The position numbers and the translations under genes were made by a program. Under the pieces are notes generated by a model. That model made no database searches, was not told the origin of the DNA, and worked only from the letters and a program-made list of their open reading frames with translations. Positions 1-13,555 of a stretch of DNA of 64,000 nucleotides are shown piece after piece. Positions within the stretch are counted from its first letter, which is position 1, and each line of letters starts with the position of its first letter. Source of the DNA: Setoptus koraiensis (Eukaryota > Animalia > Arthropoda); contig CM106585.1 of assembly GCA_048013815.1 (NCBI GenBank), positions 16,058,001 to 16,122,000 of the forward strand, written 5' to 3'.

Positions 1-1651
1 CGTTCTCGTTGCAGGCATCGGGTGAGGGGGATACAGTGCGTCAATATAAGCTACTAATTGAGGATACTTTCTTAACTGAACTGATAGACACTGACTAGAC
101 GGCAATGAAAATGATTCGAATGCAACCAAATGAATTAAAATGCGTCAATTATGCAGATTATCGGAGTGTTGATTGCACGGGGCTGTTTTAATACGGCTTA
201 CGGGGGATTGCAATGATAATAATAATAAGCTAATTCTCACTTTGATGTTACTTTAATTGTCATTGACATGCGAACAGCATCGGTTTGTTTGTCCAATTGC
301 GACACAATCAATTAACTGATCACATAATATATTGTTGCGTCCTGGCAACAGGAAACGTTGGCGAGTTAAATTGCGTTGAAATGTTAATGCGTTGCTAAGA
401 TTAAGAAGGTTCGCCAACGGTCTGTCCGTTCCATCGGTGTCCGGGCGTTAAGTGATATTACGCGCGCCAACACAAAGCCAAGCGGATCCCGGATCGAACG
501 ATTGCCCCTCGATTGTCTCAATCGTTATGAGTCCATGCGCAACAATGGCGCCCAGAACTAACAATAGTTCGCTCGTTACTGACGAGCGATCGTTAGTTCT
601 CATTAGCGACCGGCACGCCTGTTGCAGTTTGTGCGCGGGATGGGGGGGACGGGGCGGGGGGCAATGCTCTAGTCACTGGAGTCCAGTCACTAGACTCTAC
701 TGGCGAGTTGTGTGGATAGAATCTTCACTGAAGTTCAGTGCGCCCGTGTGCCATGCATACCGAACATACTGCACACACACACACACACACTGTGTAGCCG
801 GCATGTCTGGTGTTTGTGCAGACGAATGCAAGGTGGTCGCAAATTGTAAGTCACACAACGCTCGCTTGCACAGTCGCAGTGGCCACATTGCCCAATAGCG
901 AATCACCACACCGTATGCGTGTGTGCGTGCGAGAAAGTTCGATCCCATGCAAAATGGCGACCCAGTTTGGGTGTGCGGCCGATCGAATGAATTGGTCGGC
1001 AACCGTGCTGACAATTCATTCGACGATTGTCACACAATTGCGTTCGTTCGACGCTCGACAAAGTGCGCGGCGCGCATACACAATTGCGCATGTCGACAGC
1101 AACACACCAACGACTCGTCCACACGAAGCGGCCAGCGCACGCACTGACCGCACTGCTCAAATCACTCGAAACCGGCACCGATCAACTGTTGACACCGCCG
1201 GCTCTAATTGGCTAATTCGCTTGCCCACTCAAGTGTGAGCCTCTTCTCCATTGGTAGCTCTGCCGAGTGCCCAAAGTCACTGTATGGCAGCATCGTGTCA
1301 AGCGGGCCACTAAGAACGCAACTGAAAGGGGGCGGTTTTGCCTCCATCATGCATGTGCTTGCAAGTTAGTGAGCCAGTTACTACGCTTACAATTAGACAA
1401 TTGTTGCTCTCGTTTGCTGAATCACCCATTTCCCAATTTAATTGATATTGGTCATTGCGTTCGTTAGACACTTAACTAACTTTACTTTCTGCCTACACTC
1501 ACTGGCGATCGAGTTTCATCTAACTAGCGAGCTTGCCAGCGTTTGGACTGTAGGATATTCGTAACGCAACAGTCGTCATTGTCAGTCGTAGTATTTTCTG
1601 AAAACATTTTCGGCCGTCCATAAGATCAACTGAAACAATGACAATAACTAG

Positions 1652-2044
1652 ATTAGTGCGAAAGGCCTGAAACTTATCGTGCGCGCTTTCTATAATCAGG
1701 CACAAAAACCAACTGACATCCTAATTCCACAGACAGGTTTACACATTAACGCTAAGCAGCAACCGTTGCTCGTTGTTGTTTGTTGTCCACAAACCGACGA
1801 CAAGTTTCAACAGTCACTCTATTCATTCGTTTACTATTTGGACAACAGTCAATTGAGACAACAACTAACGGCTGTGGACTTAATGAGCCGGATAAAACAC
1901 AGGGAAAGCGGTGAAATATTGGTCTGGTTAGCTTCGTCTCCCACTCTCCTGGAGCATCGCATGACAGCAAGCGACAAGCTGGTTTTGACCGTGGACCTGA
2001 TTTCAACTAGCAAGGAAATAGTCTACTATTGCTTGTCATGCTGA
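1652..2044 (+). CDS. Possible exon/ORF with weak resemblance to a divergent MATH (TRAF-like) domain
   Basis: Stop-free frame from 1652 to TGA 2044, preceded by a TAG that could be an acceptor (1649-1651). The ending TLLEHRMTASDKLVLTVDL resembles the last MATH strand (SPOP: [21 protein letters not shown]). No in-frame ATG until 1883. Confidence 0.25.
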   Translation: MSAKGLKLIVRAFYNQAQKPTDILIPQTGLHINAKQQPLLVVVCCPQTDDKFQQSLYSFVYYLDNSQLRQQLTAVDLMSRIKHRESGEILVWLASSPTLLEHRMTASDKLVLTVDLISTSKEIVYYCLSC

Positions 2045-2177
2045 CAATAATATTACAACAAATCTTATGCAGCAGCACACATCTCATTCATTCTAGTTGC
2101 TCGGATTCAAGCACACACACACACACACACAAAACCTAAAACATTCAGAGAGGGAGTGATAACTTGTATAATTAACA

Positions 2178-2822
2178 ATGGCTCATCATTTCAGACGACC
2201 AAATGGATACTGGATAACTAAGTATAAGTACGATCTTCACGACTATTACAGATTCTTTTCAAACAAACCGGAACCACTCGATGTTAGAGAGGCTCATCCG
2301 GAAAAGAATGACGTTGTACTAGTGTATAATGATCAACACGAAGTCGCCGGGCAGCGCGAAGTATTATCTAAATCTTGCCAATTCTTTGATAAGCTTCTTT
2401 GTGGATCGTTTAAAGAAGCCAAACTGCCACGCGTACCCATACGTGTTGATATGATTGAAAGTCCAAGGGCGTTCATCAAAATGATTGATTACATCCATAC
2501 AAAAAATATTATTATGGATAAAGGTCAAGTAGAAGTACTGGTGGAAACGCTAGAATTGTGTCTATTATATCTGTATGATGAGTTACGTGACATAATATAT
2601 CAGTTCCTAGACAAAAATATAGATGAGTCAACAATGATACACATATATGCTTTCGCGAAGAAGTATGATTTACACGATCTTAAGGCGAAATGCTTGGAGT
2701 TCAACTATAAACTCATGGCTTTGATGCAACCCAAGCTGAGGCGTATGGGAATGTGTCCATTTCCTGGACACGAAGAGCATACTTATCGTAGTTGCACATC
2801 TAGAATCTACTACAGACCGTAG
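2178..2822 (+). CDS. BTB/POZ domain protein with partial BACK helices, intronless, 214 aa
   Basis: DVVLV...EVLSKSCQFFDKLLCGSFKEA...AFIKMIDYIHT BTB pattern followed by IYAFAKKYDLHDLKAKCLEF. AATAAA lies immediately after the stop. Confidence 0.85.
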   Translation: MAHHFRRPNGYWITKYKYDLHDYYRFFSNKPEPLDVREAHPEKNDVVLVYNDQHEVAGQREVLSKSCQFFDKLLCGSFKEAKLPRVPIRVDMIESPRAFIKMIDYIHTKNIIMDKGQVEVLVETLELCLLYLYDELRDIIYQFLDKNIDESTMIHIYAFAKKYDLHDLKAKCLEFNYKLMALMQPKLRRMGMCPFPGHEEHTYRSCTSRIYYRP

Positions 2823-2915
2823 AATAAACTTCACTCTTCCATAATATATATAAAAAGATTCAATAAAGAATCTATTCAAATGTATTTGCTAAATATATAT
2901 ATAAATAATAAAACA

Positions 2916-4007
2916 CTACATGATCACGGTAGGCTCGTGAACTGAGGCTGATATAGTTTTGTTTTGTAATATTCTTGCACCATTCAGATATATTTCGTCT
3001 TCCACGACAACACTTTCGCCCAAGACGCATGTATTTTCCATTTGTACCCATTTACCAATTACACATTTCCATCCGATGATGCAGCCATCCAATCGGGTGT
3101 GCGAGCACAGTTTGGAACCGGCCAATATTGTGCTTTTCTTTATCAATAGGCCATCCTCAACAACAACATTAGGTCCAATGCAAACATCTGGTCCAATTTG
3201 GCAGCCTTTGCCAATCTTTGCACTCTTATCTATAAGCACGTCGCCTACAATTCCCTCGGAATTAGCAAGAATGGACGGATTGGTTTTTCTTGTCCAATTT
3301 AAGTAGAGTTGCATACCCTTGAGGAAATCGCCTGGTTGTCCGACGTCCATCCAGTAACTAGATAATTCTAACGCGTACAATTGCCCATCATCGGCCATTT
3401 CAGGGAATGTTTGTTTCTCTATGGAAGTTGGCTGCAGTGGTATTCGATCCAAAATGGATTTATTAAATAGATAAAGGCCAGCATTTATTTTGTTAGACAC
3501 AAATTCAATAGGTTTCTCTACAAATCTATCAACCTTTCCTGTTTTTTCATTATACACTACAACACCATATTTGGAGGGTTCCTCAACTCGGGTCACCACA
3601 ATAGTTCCTTCGCCACTATGAGAATTGTGAAAATCAATCATTTCTTGGAATGGATAATCGCAAATGATATCACTATTTAGTACAAAGAATGGCTCATTTA
3701 GATTGCCGTCATCCAAGAGTTGATCCCTGGCCAATGCCAATGGTCCTGCTGTACCGAGTGGTGTGTCCTCGTGAGATAGTGTGATTCTAATGCCCAATTC
3801 TCTGGCCTGCCGCTCCACTACTTGTGTCATCATTTCAGCTCTGTAACTGACAGCCAATATAACATGCTTGACGCCAACATTAACCAGATTTGTGATCTGG
3901 TGCATCATCATGGGCTGATTGCAAAATTCCACCAATGGCTTGGGTCGGCTTAATGTGAGCGGCCGAAGCCTGGTCCCGAAGCCTCCTACCAAAATCAAAG
4001 CCTTCAT
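2916..4007 (-). CDS. GMPPB: Mannose-1-phosphate guanylyltransferase beta (GDP-mannose pyrophosphorylase B), intronless, 363 aa
   Basis: [77 protein letters not shown] and a C-terminal hexapeptide beta-helix; full length. Confidence 0.97.
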   Translation of the reverse strand: MKALILVGGFGTRLRPLTLSRPKPLVEFCNQPMMMHQITNLVNVGVKHVILAVSYRAEMMTQVVERQARELGIRITLSHEDTPLGTAGPLALARDQLLDDGNLNEPFFVLNSDIICDYPFQEMIDFHNSHSGEGTIVVTRVEEPSKYGVVVYNEKTGKVDRFVEKPIEFVSNKINAGLYLFNKSILDRIPLQPTSIEKQTFPEMADDGQLYALELSSYWMDVGQPGDFLKGMQLYLNWTRKTNPSILANSEGIVGDVLIDKSAKIGKGCQIGPDVCIGPNVVVEDGLLIKKSTILAGSKLCSHTRLDGCIIGWKCVIGKWVQMENTCVLGESVVVEDEIYLNGARILQNKTISASVHEPTVIM

Positions 4008-5976
4008 CTTCGTTTAATTTAAATGTTTGCTGGAGTGTGTGGACAAAGAACTCTGGCCTTATTCATCTTACTGTACTTTGTATCAGACTGATCCTATCGC
4101 TGTGAGCTCCCTCTCGATGAATCTGCATTGTCAGCTGTTTATTTTTGCTTGTGTGTGTGTGTGTGTGTGTGTTGCTAACCAATCCTGACGGAGAGCTTCC
4201 ACGTGGGAGACGTCCGTCGAATCCCATATCCGACCCCAGTATTGTAGTGGCTAATTTTTGTTCCGGTTTGCATGGCATAAATCACACACTAGATGATGAT
4301 AATTGTGTAACATTTAATTTCGCATGATCAAATTGGAATTCAAGTGGGCACAAAGTCAACTGGAGACGCGTCTTGCGAGGACCGCTCCGTTTGTGTATGG
4401 GAGACTACCTCTGCCACAGTCTCCCTTGGCTGTGGAGCAAAATTGACAACTGCACATCGTTGAACTAGCGAATGAACTTTTATATATGACGTTTATTTGC
4501 GAGTTTTGTCCGCGAGCGGCGCAACCAGTGACTTTGAATATCGCTAAACACACACGGCGTGAGCTGCGAATGCACATAGGCACACACTTTGTGCGTGTGC
4601 TTTCCAGGCGAACACAAAACTCCGCCTCGCGGACGAATCCAAACACTTTGGCAGCAGCAAACTTTATACACTTGGCCATTCACCCGCCGGACTCATCCGA
4701 TAAACTAATGCCGCAAAAAAGTCTACCAGAGGATAAAATGCAAATATGAATCACATTTTGTTGGACACTGGCTCGCCAGGCTGAGAAAAGAGGTAGCGCC
4801 AGCCTGCGGCCAGTGTATTTCGGACCTCTCACAATGTCACTGGAAGAGTGTCACACTTGAATGTTGTCGATCAACTTTCATCATCGGCGTCGGATATTCA
4901 TGACATGCAAATAGCAAACTTTACTCGCTCGTCATGTCGTCATGTTATTCGTCAAGCTAATTTGCGCAAAGTCAAGTTCACGGACGAGCTACCGAAGATT
5001 TGCTTGTGTCAACTGCAAGCCATCGAGTCAGGTAACTTTGGCCTTTATAAAGAGTCAATCATATCGTTTGGCTAATTTCGGAGATTCGTAGCGGTCAGAC
5101 CGAGTGCAGATGCACCCCAAAAGGAAGCTCGGCAGCGGCCGGCGCGCAAGCCAGTGCAATACCCGAATTAGCCGAACGCCATCGTCATTCATTAGAGCGA
5201 ATTCGGCAGGTGAGTCAAGTCAGATATAATGCCCGCGTTCGAATATGTGTGTGAGTGTGTGTGTGTGTTTGTGTGTGTGTGTGAGTGCCTTGACGGCCTG
5301 GACATTCGCTCTGTCTCTTAATCCATCTAATGGATGGGTTCATCTTGTAGTCTGATAACATCGACAAGAAGGTGTGCGAGTGCACGATGCAAGCACCAGC
5401 GTCCTCGACCCGCTCTGCCGGGCCCCACTCGGGACATTGAGAGTTTTTTAGTGTGCAGCTCAAGCGACAGCCAACATCTCACATTATCACAAATCGGGCA
5501 CAAGGTGCGGGCCAACGGTCTGGCCCGGTGGCAGCCAATACGTTTTTTTTTAAATCGGGCGCTCGCAGAGCGGGCCCCAGTAGCCGGGCCGGCGGCCAGT
5601 GTTTGGGCAGCATATGCACATGCCAGACATACTAAGAGGCCCAATTGACAGCGCGTTGGATCATGCATTTATTTGTTTGTTTGTTTATTTGTTCGCTTCT
5701 TTCGCCAGCCCATGTTTTTCTATGCTCCATGGCGCGTATATCGTTTGTGTGTACCCAACTTGGTCACACACAAACGCAGAAGGAATAAAAGTTTGTTTGG
5801 CTTTGGGATAGGACTCGTTCGTTCGTCTGATTTGCCAGTTCTTTGGCAAACTGTTAGACTTCGGGCAGTCAGAGGCGAACCGGGCGCTGTTTACGTTGCT
5901 TCCAGCTGCTCACGGCAATCGATGTCTGTTTATCTCACAGCGTCTGTCGGACGTCGTCGTCGTCGTCGTCGCCGTC

Positions 5977-6137
<161 letters not shown>

Positions 6138-6479
6138 GCCGCTGTTATTGTTGCTGCTGGCTCACCGTAGGTCCACAAAAAGAGCGCTCGCTTGTGGTGC
6201 AAGCCCTTGGTCGGCTCATGCGACCACAACGCCGACGGGCCCCGGCCAGAGACCGGGACCCCAGGAAGCGCGATGCCCGCAACGTTCGTCGGCATCCGAC
6301 AGCCTACACTTGGCCCGCTAATATCTGGTGCCAGTATCTGATATGCGACCGCCGCATGTGCGTTCGATGGTGAGGCGCCCAACGCAATCACGATCTGCGT
6401 ACCTGGCGTGGCTTTATTTAGCTGGCTGCCAATGGCACCAATCATTACCCCATGCCCACAATGCCGCCAGCACCATCAA

Positions 6480-9133
6480 CAGCGGCCGCAACAACAGCCG
6501 CAACGATAGAAGCAGCAACAACAAACAACAAATAAAAACGGCAACGAAATTGACAACATCCGAAAAATATACAACAACAACAACAACAACAACAATATGT
6601 GATGGCGACTGGCAGCGAGCTTGTTTGCAAATTTCTTTCTAACATTGCAGCGGCAGCAGCAGCTGCATGATGAGCGAACGCAATCTATTTAGGTCTCTTT
6701 GTCGCTGTTGCTTATTGTTGTTTGTTGGTTGCTGTTAGTTGTTGTTGGTGTTGTTGTTGTTGCTGTTGTTGTTGTGTTGTTGTTGTTGTGCTGTTTGTTG
6801 TTGCTGTGTTGTTTGTTGTTGTTGGCGCTGCTGATGCTTTGCTCGAGAGCAGCCGCTGCCGCTGTTGTTGTTGTTGTTTGTTGAGAGCACTTGCCCAAGT
6901 TGTTTATTGTTGTTGTTGGTGGCAGTCGCATTGAATAGCGAGCTCGCCAAGCAATTTCCTAATCCCCCACTCTACACGCATGAATGTTGTGCCTAGCAGA
7001 CAACAACAACAACAACAAACTAGCGATAAATCGAGCCCATTTTCGGTTCAGGGGGGTGTGTCGTGGTTGGTTTGTGTCGGCAAGAATCTTGGCAGTGGCA
7101 GTGGCGTTAGTAGAAAGAAGTCAGCTAGCTGCTAGAGAGTAATAGAACGAATGAGAAAGAGATAAAATTGCCAATGTAACGATGCCATCGACTGGCGAGA
7201 ATTCCGCACGGGGGCGCGCTTGAAGGCTGTTTGCTGAGCTGCGTTGGTTCGTTTGTTTGTTTGTCACATCAACAACAACAACAACAACAACAACATTGAC
7301 TGGCACAACAACTAAACTGCACAACAACGGCCACAACAACAACAGCAACCACCATCCAAACTGTATACCAACAACAACAGCGGCAGCAGCAGCAACAACA
7401 ATAACAACAACAACAACAACGGCAACAACAACAACAACAACGACAACGACAACAACAACAACAACATCAACAACAAACAACAACAACAAATAGCAGCAAC
7501 AATAATAATGGCGATGGCAGCAGCAGCAACAACAACAACAACGGCGCCCGAATTCAACAACGGCGAGTTTGGCGATTGTTAGTTACGTTGGCACACAATT
7601 GAGTCTGAGCAGATACCCTGGCTTGTTTAGTTGAATAATGATTTCGCCAGCCAGCCAGCCTTGCACACAAAGCGCGTACACAAGCCAGCCTGTGTATGCG
7701 TTTGCGTCTAATGTAAACAAACCTAGTTACGCAATAGGAAGGGGCCGTTGGTGTATCTTCCTGTTACGAGCCACAACGCTCAAACAAACAAACAAACACA
7801 CACACACACACCCAGCCTGAATATAAATGCCTGTCTTTTGGTCGTTGTGCTGGATGTAGCGCCGAATGGGGCCCCGCCATTCGGGATAAACGCACAGTCG
7901 GAGTGTTACGCAAGCGCGGTTGTCGGCGCCCTTGAACGGGCCCAGTGCCGGCGCACGGACGGGCCGGCCACTAGGGTGCGCTGCAAGGGCACACTAGCAG
8001 CACTAGATCAGCGGTGTTCGGTGCCGCTGGTGATATATGGGCTAATTTGCCTATCAATGCATGGCAATGGCGCAATGGATTGGCGCTGGAATCGCTCCAC
8101 TGGTGATAAACCACTTACTTTTCATTTTTATACAACATTACAACTACTCAATTGCTACAATTGCTGCTGCTGCTGCCGCCGCCGCCGCCTCTGCTGCTTG
8201 CTGACAATTCAGGCCTGACTGCAATTCACGGCGACAAACAACCACAGCGGCAGCAGATCGAGCGAGTGCGAAAAGTTAAGTCAACTTGTCGGCTGTCAGT
8301 GAGTTTGCAGCAGCAGCAGCAGCGCCAGCAAACTCACTGACAATCCCAATGAGCTAGTTCAATGTTCGTTTGGCAAGCTAGGCGCAAATTATTATTATTC
8401 ACAGCAGCTATCAGCATTCTGACACAAACAACAGCTACAAGAACAAGAAAATGCGCTAAAGTTCAGACGACTAAACGCTTTTGATTGTGCGTGCGTGTGT
8501 GTGTGTGTGTTAACTAATCAGACTAGATACAGCAAACAATTTTTCTTTCAATGGCTCGTATGCGTTCCATGGTTAGCTTGTTAGCTAATAATTACATGGC
8601 TTTCAATAGCGACTGCTGCCAGTGGCTGCTTGTTGTCATTATTGGCGATCAAATCAACAACAACAACAACAGCAACAACGACAACAACAACACAACAACA
8701 ACATAAACAACAACACCAACAACAATGACAACAACAACAACATAAACAACAACAACATCATTACACATTTTGGTTAGATCGTCATTAATAGATAGATCCG
8801 CGAGCGCCACATACACTGGCATACACACTGATCAACATATACACGATGAAAATACATGACAAGCAAACAGCGCATAACAGATATAAAACTTCAGATAACA
8901 GCATGCATTTATAGTTTTTATTATTTTCTTTTTGTCGCCGTTGTCGCCGCTGTCGTCGTCGTCGTATCAACATAACGAATATACGTATATTCGCGTAACT
9001 TTGTATCAAATCTTTCTCTCACCTCACCTGTTAATGCAAATCAACGTGAGCACACCATTTTGATACAATTCAGCAACAACAACAACAATTCAGCAACAAC
9101 AACAACAATTCAGCAACAACAACAACAATTCAG
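6480..9133. repeat. Dense field of imperfect (CAA/GTT)n microsatellites plus a 20-bp unit (aattcagcaacaacaacaac) x3 at 9067-9133
   Basis: Direct reading; there are no coherent protein-like ORFs. Confidence 0.85.
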
Positions 9134-12100
9134 TGTCTGGACCAATTAGCATCGCACCATAGTGTCACACATTTATAATACATTGAGTTAATACACACCG
9201 ACTTGTGAGTAGCATAGTGTAGCTAGTGTGGTTGGCACAATCGTCACCAATAAAACAGACAATCGTTTACAGCAAGCCTACCACTGCATACGACTTACAC
9301 ATTGTCACATCGACTCACAACATTGTCAGCGACGCGAGATGCAAATATATCAAATCAAGCTATAGTTGATGAAGCACCAGTCAATACATGAGCTATCACG
9401 CAAATTTCATCACCAGCCAGCACACAAGACACACTTGAGATAGATAGTGTCGTAATCATCAGGTGAGTTTATACATTTATTCGGCCCGTCCAACGAGGGG
9501 CGCCTCTGCCAGTCTGACTGATCCGACAGCGTGAGGCTCAATGTGTGTGGGCCCATGAGTAACATAACAATTTTGAGTGTCGAGACACTTTCGCGCGCCA
9601 CTTCGCAAACAGTTGGCATCAGCCGTTTATGACAACAACGACGACAACAACCGCAATCGCATAGCTAATCATGTGACAAGCCCACGAAGTGGTCAGTGGC
9701 TGATCGACAACGATCGCTCGCTTGTTAATCGCAGCCTTCGCTGAATCCTGGAACAAAGTAGCCTCAAATTATAAATAGCTATGCATTGTACATGGCATGT
9801 GGCGCGTACAGGCGTTTGGCCAGTTGCCCGGCGTAACATGTATGCAAAGTTGAACATGGTCAAATTCGCTCAGATTAGTCTATTTTTGGACATTTAATTA
9901 GTCCGTTCAAACAGAGGCGACATGTGACTGGCGATCATCCGAGCGTCCTTGTTACATTATGACATTTGATTTTGCGAATCAGACACTTGACAGTTGATGC
10001 CAGCGTCACAATTTCCATTGATAGTGGGCAAGTTCAGGTTTGGCGAGCTTCCATGAAAGACTCATCCAACAGTTTTGCGGTTTCGCCATCGTGCCGGCGG
10101 CGCCCGTTTGCCTGTTTGTTTGTTGCCTGACTGCACCAGTTATTCCATTGCAAGCCCATCAAATTAAATATTGCAAATGATAATAATATTGTTGTTGACG
10201 AGCCAATGGAAGAAGCCCACCAATGGGCTCTAAATTTGCACCATAAATCACTGTGATATGTCTATTATAACTGCGTCGTCATGAACTGCCAACTACCTAA
10301 CGTCAATCGATGACAACATTGACAAATAATATAACAACAAATAATAATTGTCGTCGGCGAGTGCAAAATATAAAATGCACCATCTGAAGTTGTGGCACTC
10401 ACGTTTAGGCGGCGCCTTGCCACCGGGCGCAACTTTAGGACACGCGCAGAGAATGCTGGTGGCGCCGCCACAAGCCCGTTGCGACAAGTCGTCGTTGAAT
10501 GCGCTATCACGTTACACCGACGGACATTATTAGAGGCAATATAACTATTGTTTGAGCGATAATACCGATAAACGCGTATTTTAACACGGTGTACGATTAA
10601 CACGTATGATATGAATATGGTATAATATGAATGTGACATAATATGAATGTGACATAATATAAATGGAATATTAAATTGAAGACAACACTGGCCACTGCGA
10701 CAAACAACAAAAGTCGAATATGCATATTCATGTGCGGATTTGTGTGTCAATGAATTCGTCGTTTGCATCCAATTTTGACCAATTTGTCACGGCATCGCTG
10801 AAATTATTCACGCAATTTACCTGAAGCAGCAGCCAGCCAGCCAGCCACCCTGCACTGTTGTCCATGACAACTTGCCGGAACAGCTCACTCGGTTGGGTGT
10901 GCTGTTTCGGTGGTGCTGGCCGGCATGGCTAGCTAGCTAAAATTGTGACATTATTTCAACATTGTCAACATAAAATATGACCAACTATATTGACTATTTA
11001 TGACAATATAATCAATACAATGCAATGTGCAGCATGTGTGCCGGACACAGATAGTGTCTATATCACACTTGTAAGCCGAATGCACTAATCATGATCAATC
11101 GGCGGCGGTTGTTCAGTCGGTTCAGTCGGTTCAGTGGGCTCGGCACCAGCCAGCGCCGAGTTATGAGCAAGCGCCAAATGCAGCAAAGTGATGGGCCAGC
11201 ACTTTGCTGGCGATTGGCCCAACGATTGGCGGGAGATAATAGACGGCGACGAGCTTATCTCACAAGTACAATTGTCAGGTACGGTTGGGGCTGGCGCATT
11301 GAAATCATGGTGCATGATTTATAGAAAACAATTTGTAGTTATATCGATCTAGTTAGATTAGATTGGCGCGTCTGGCACACGGAGCAGCAGCGGCTCGTCC
11401 CACACAGTGATCATGACAAAGTTTGCCTGTTAGATATCGGCGACAGTGTTCACCTGTTTTGCAAGTGTTGGCTTAATTCGCATTGTTGGCCACGATTAAA
11501 CAAGCGCCATTGTACTAATAATATTGTTGTCTGGCTGCACTGTTGTCTGGCCGGGCTGTTGTCGATCTATCACTGACAGACTATTAGCGAAAATTATTGT
11601 TGTTGTTGTTTGTTTTGGGTGGTTGTTGTTGTTGTCGTTGTCGCTGTTGTCGTTGTCGCTGTCGTCGTTGTTGTTGTCGTTGTCGCACAATGAGGCAGTG
11701 CGATCTAACAAGAGCACGGAATAAAATTAGCTGCCAGCAACAATGTATCCACGGCCAACAGCGCAACTTATCTGACAGCGATGACAGCGCCCATATCCCC
11801 TGTATGGCGCTGCACACAAACATCGCTCACATGCGACAAACCGTGCGCACTAACAAAGTAAAGTATAAATACAGTTGCAGCGAGCCAACAATGTTTGTCA
11901 GCGATATTGTAATTAGCATCTCGGCATTCGAGAGCCGGGGCTCGCGACCGTCGGCGCTGCATGTTTCGTTGTGTATGTTTCGTTGTGTATGTTTCGGCTG
12001 TTGCTGTTTGGGTCGTTGTTGGCGCGCGAGAATCGGCCCGCCAGCGAGCGAGAATCGGCCCGCCGGCGAGCGAAACGTCGCAGCGGCGAGATTAGCGAGC

Positions 12101-12581
12101 GCCGGCAATTGTCTGAAATGTCTGACAATAGCGATCTGACAATAGTGAGTGCTAGCCAGCAGCGGCAGCGTCTTGTAATCGCCGGTTTTAAATCGCAAGA
12201 GAACACATGCTCGCGGAAAGCTTTGCAGATAAATACACTTGCAGCGAGCAGACACGTCACTGTTTGTTGTTGTTGTTGTTTCTAATGATGATGATCATGC
12301 GGACAACTCACTGCAAACAGTCACTACACTCATTATGGTGTGTGTATTTATAATGAAGGGCAACATCGTGGCAAATAGTATGAGTTTATATGATAGTAGG
12401 CGACAGAGAACAACACTTGAGTCTCGTCATTGGTGCACCGTCATCGAGATCGATCCAACAATAGCTAGCGAGACTAGACTCTAGCAGAGACTCTCTAGTC
12501 GTACATCGTATATTGGTTGTCTATGCACCACTAAACCGAGAATGTAGCATAGAGCTGCCACAGAGTCAGCCAGACAGCCAG

Positions 12582-12878
12582 ACAAACAAACAAACAAACA
12601 AACAAACAAACAAATGAACAAACAAACAAACAAATAAATAAACAAACAAAGACAACAAACACCAGCCAGTATTGCATACTCATGCCACTACCAACTCTGG
12701 CTAACTCTACTAACTTTCGGGGCACAGTCTGGCTGGTGTGCCCACCGCCAGAAAGTGCCCCGAAAGCAGCTAGGGTAGCCGCCGCCGTCGCCGCTATCCG
12801 TGCGTTTGGTTGGGAGCTAGGCAACTAAAAAGGTTTATTTAATCAGCATTTGCTGCCAGACTTACATGATTAGATCAT

Positions 12879-12955
<77 letters not shown>

Positions 12956-13127
12956 GCTGTTGTTGTTGCGCACATACTAATAGCAATGGTGCCTGCTGTT
13001 TGTAATAACAGCAGTTCCACTTTCATGGCATGCTGGTGGCGCTCGTTTGTCCGCTACCCAGTCGTTTGTGTAAGCGTTTGTGTGTTCATCCCGACCTAGC
13101 AGACTATTTGTTTGTTTGTTTGTTTGT

Positions 13128-13182
<55 letters not shown>

Positions 13183-13255
13183 CGTTGTTGTTGTTGGTGT
13201 TGTTGTTGCTGCTGTTGTTGTTGTTGTTGTTATTGTTGTTGTTGTTGCTGTTGTC
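12582..13255. repeat. (AAAC)n, (GTT)n and (GTTT)n microsatellite cluster upstream of FoxP
   Basis: Direct reading. Confidence 0.85.
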
Positions 13256-13555
13256 GCTATCGTCTGTCTCGTCGTCGTCGCTTGCAGCAGCCAAGAGTTG
13301 CTGGTCGCCGACATAATCGGTCGCCCTCCACTTTTCGCTCGCTTCAGAGCTCCATTCGCATTTGTTCGCCAAACGTGCACCACCACAATCTCGTCTACTC
13401 ATCGCAACACCACCACCACCACCACCACTAATACAACAACCACTATTATATATATACATATATAACTTTTCTCCATACACGATATAACTTGTCATAATAT
13501 CATCTAGGCAAGCGTATAAACGAACGTCACAAAGTAGCGAGCAACAACTCCTGTC

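Noticed and set aside
554-600. Hairpin agaactaac/gttagttct with inner tcgctcgt/acgagcga
   Set aside because: Too short and bulged for a pre-miRNA, with no match to conserved miRNAs I recall and no context.
2222-2680. KYDLHD occurs twice in the BTB protein
   Set aside because: The codons differ and the flanks do not align, so it is likely coincidence.
4399-4425. 8-bp inverted repeat gggagact/agtctccc
   Set aside because: Expected by chance at this length; no associated element.
11496-13495. Further low-complexity ORFs upstream of FoxP
   Set aside because: Microsatellite-derived, with no FoxP homology or compatible splice phases.
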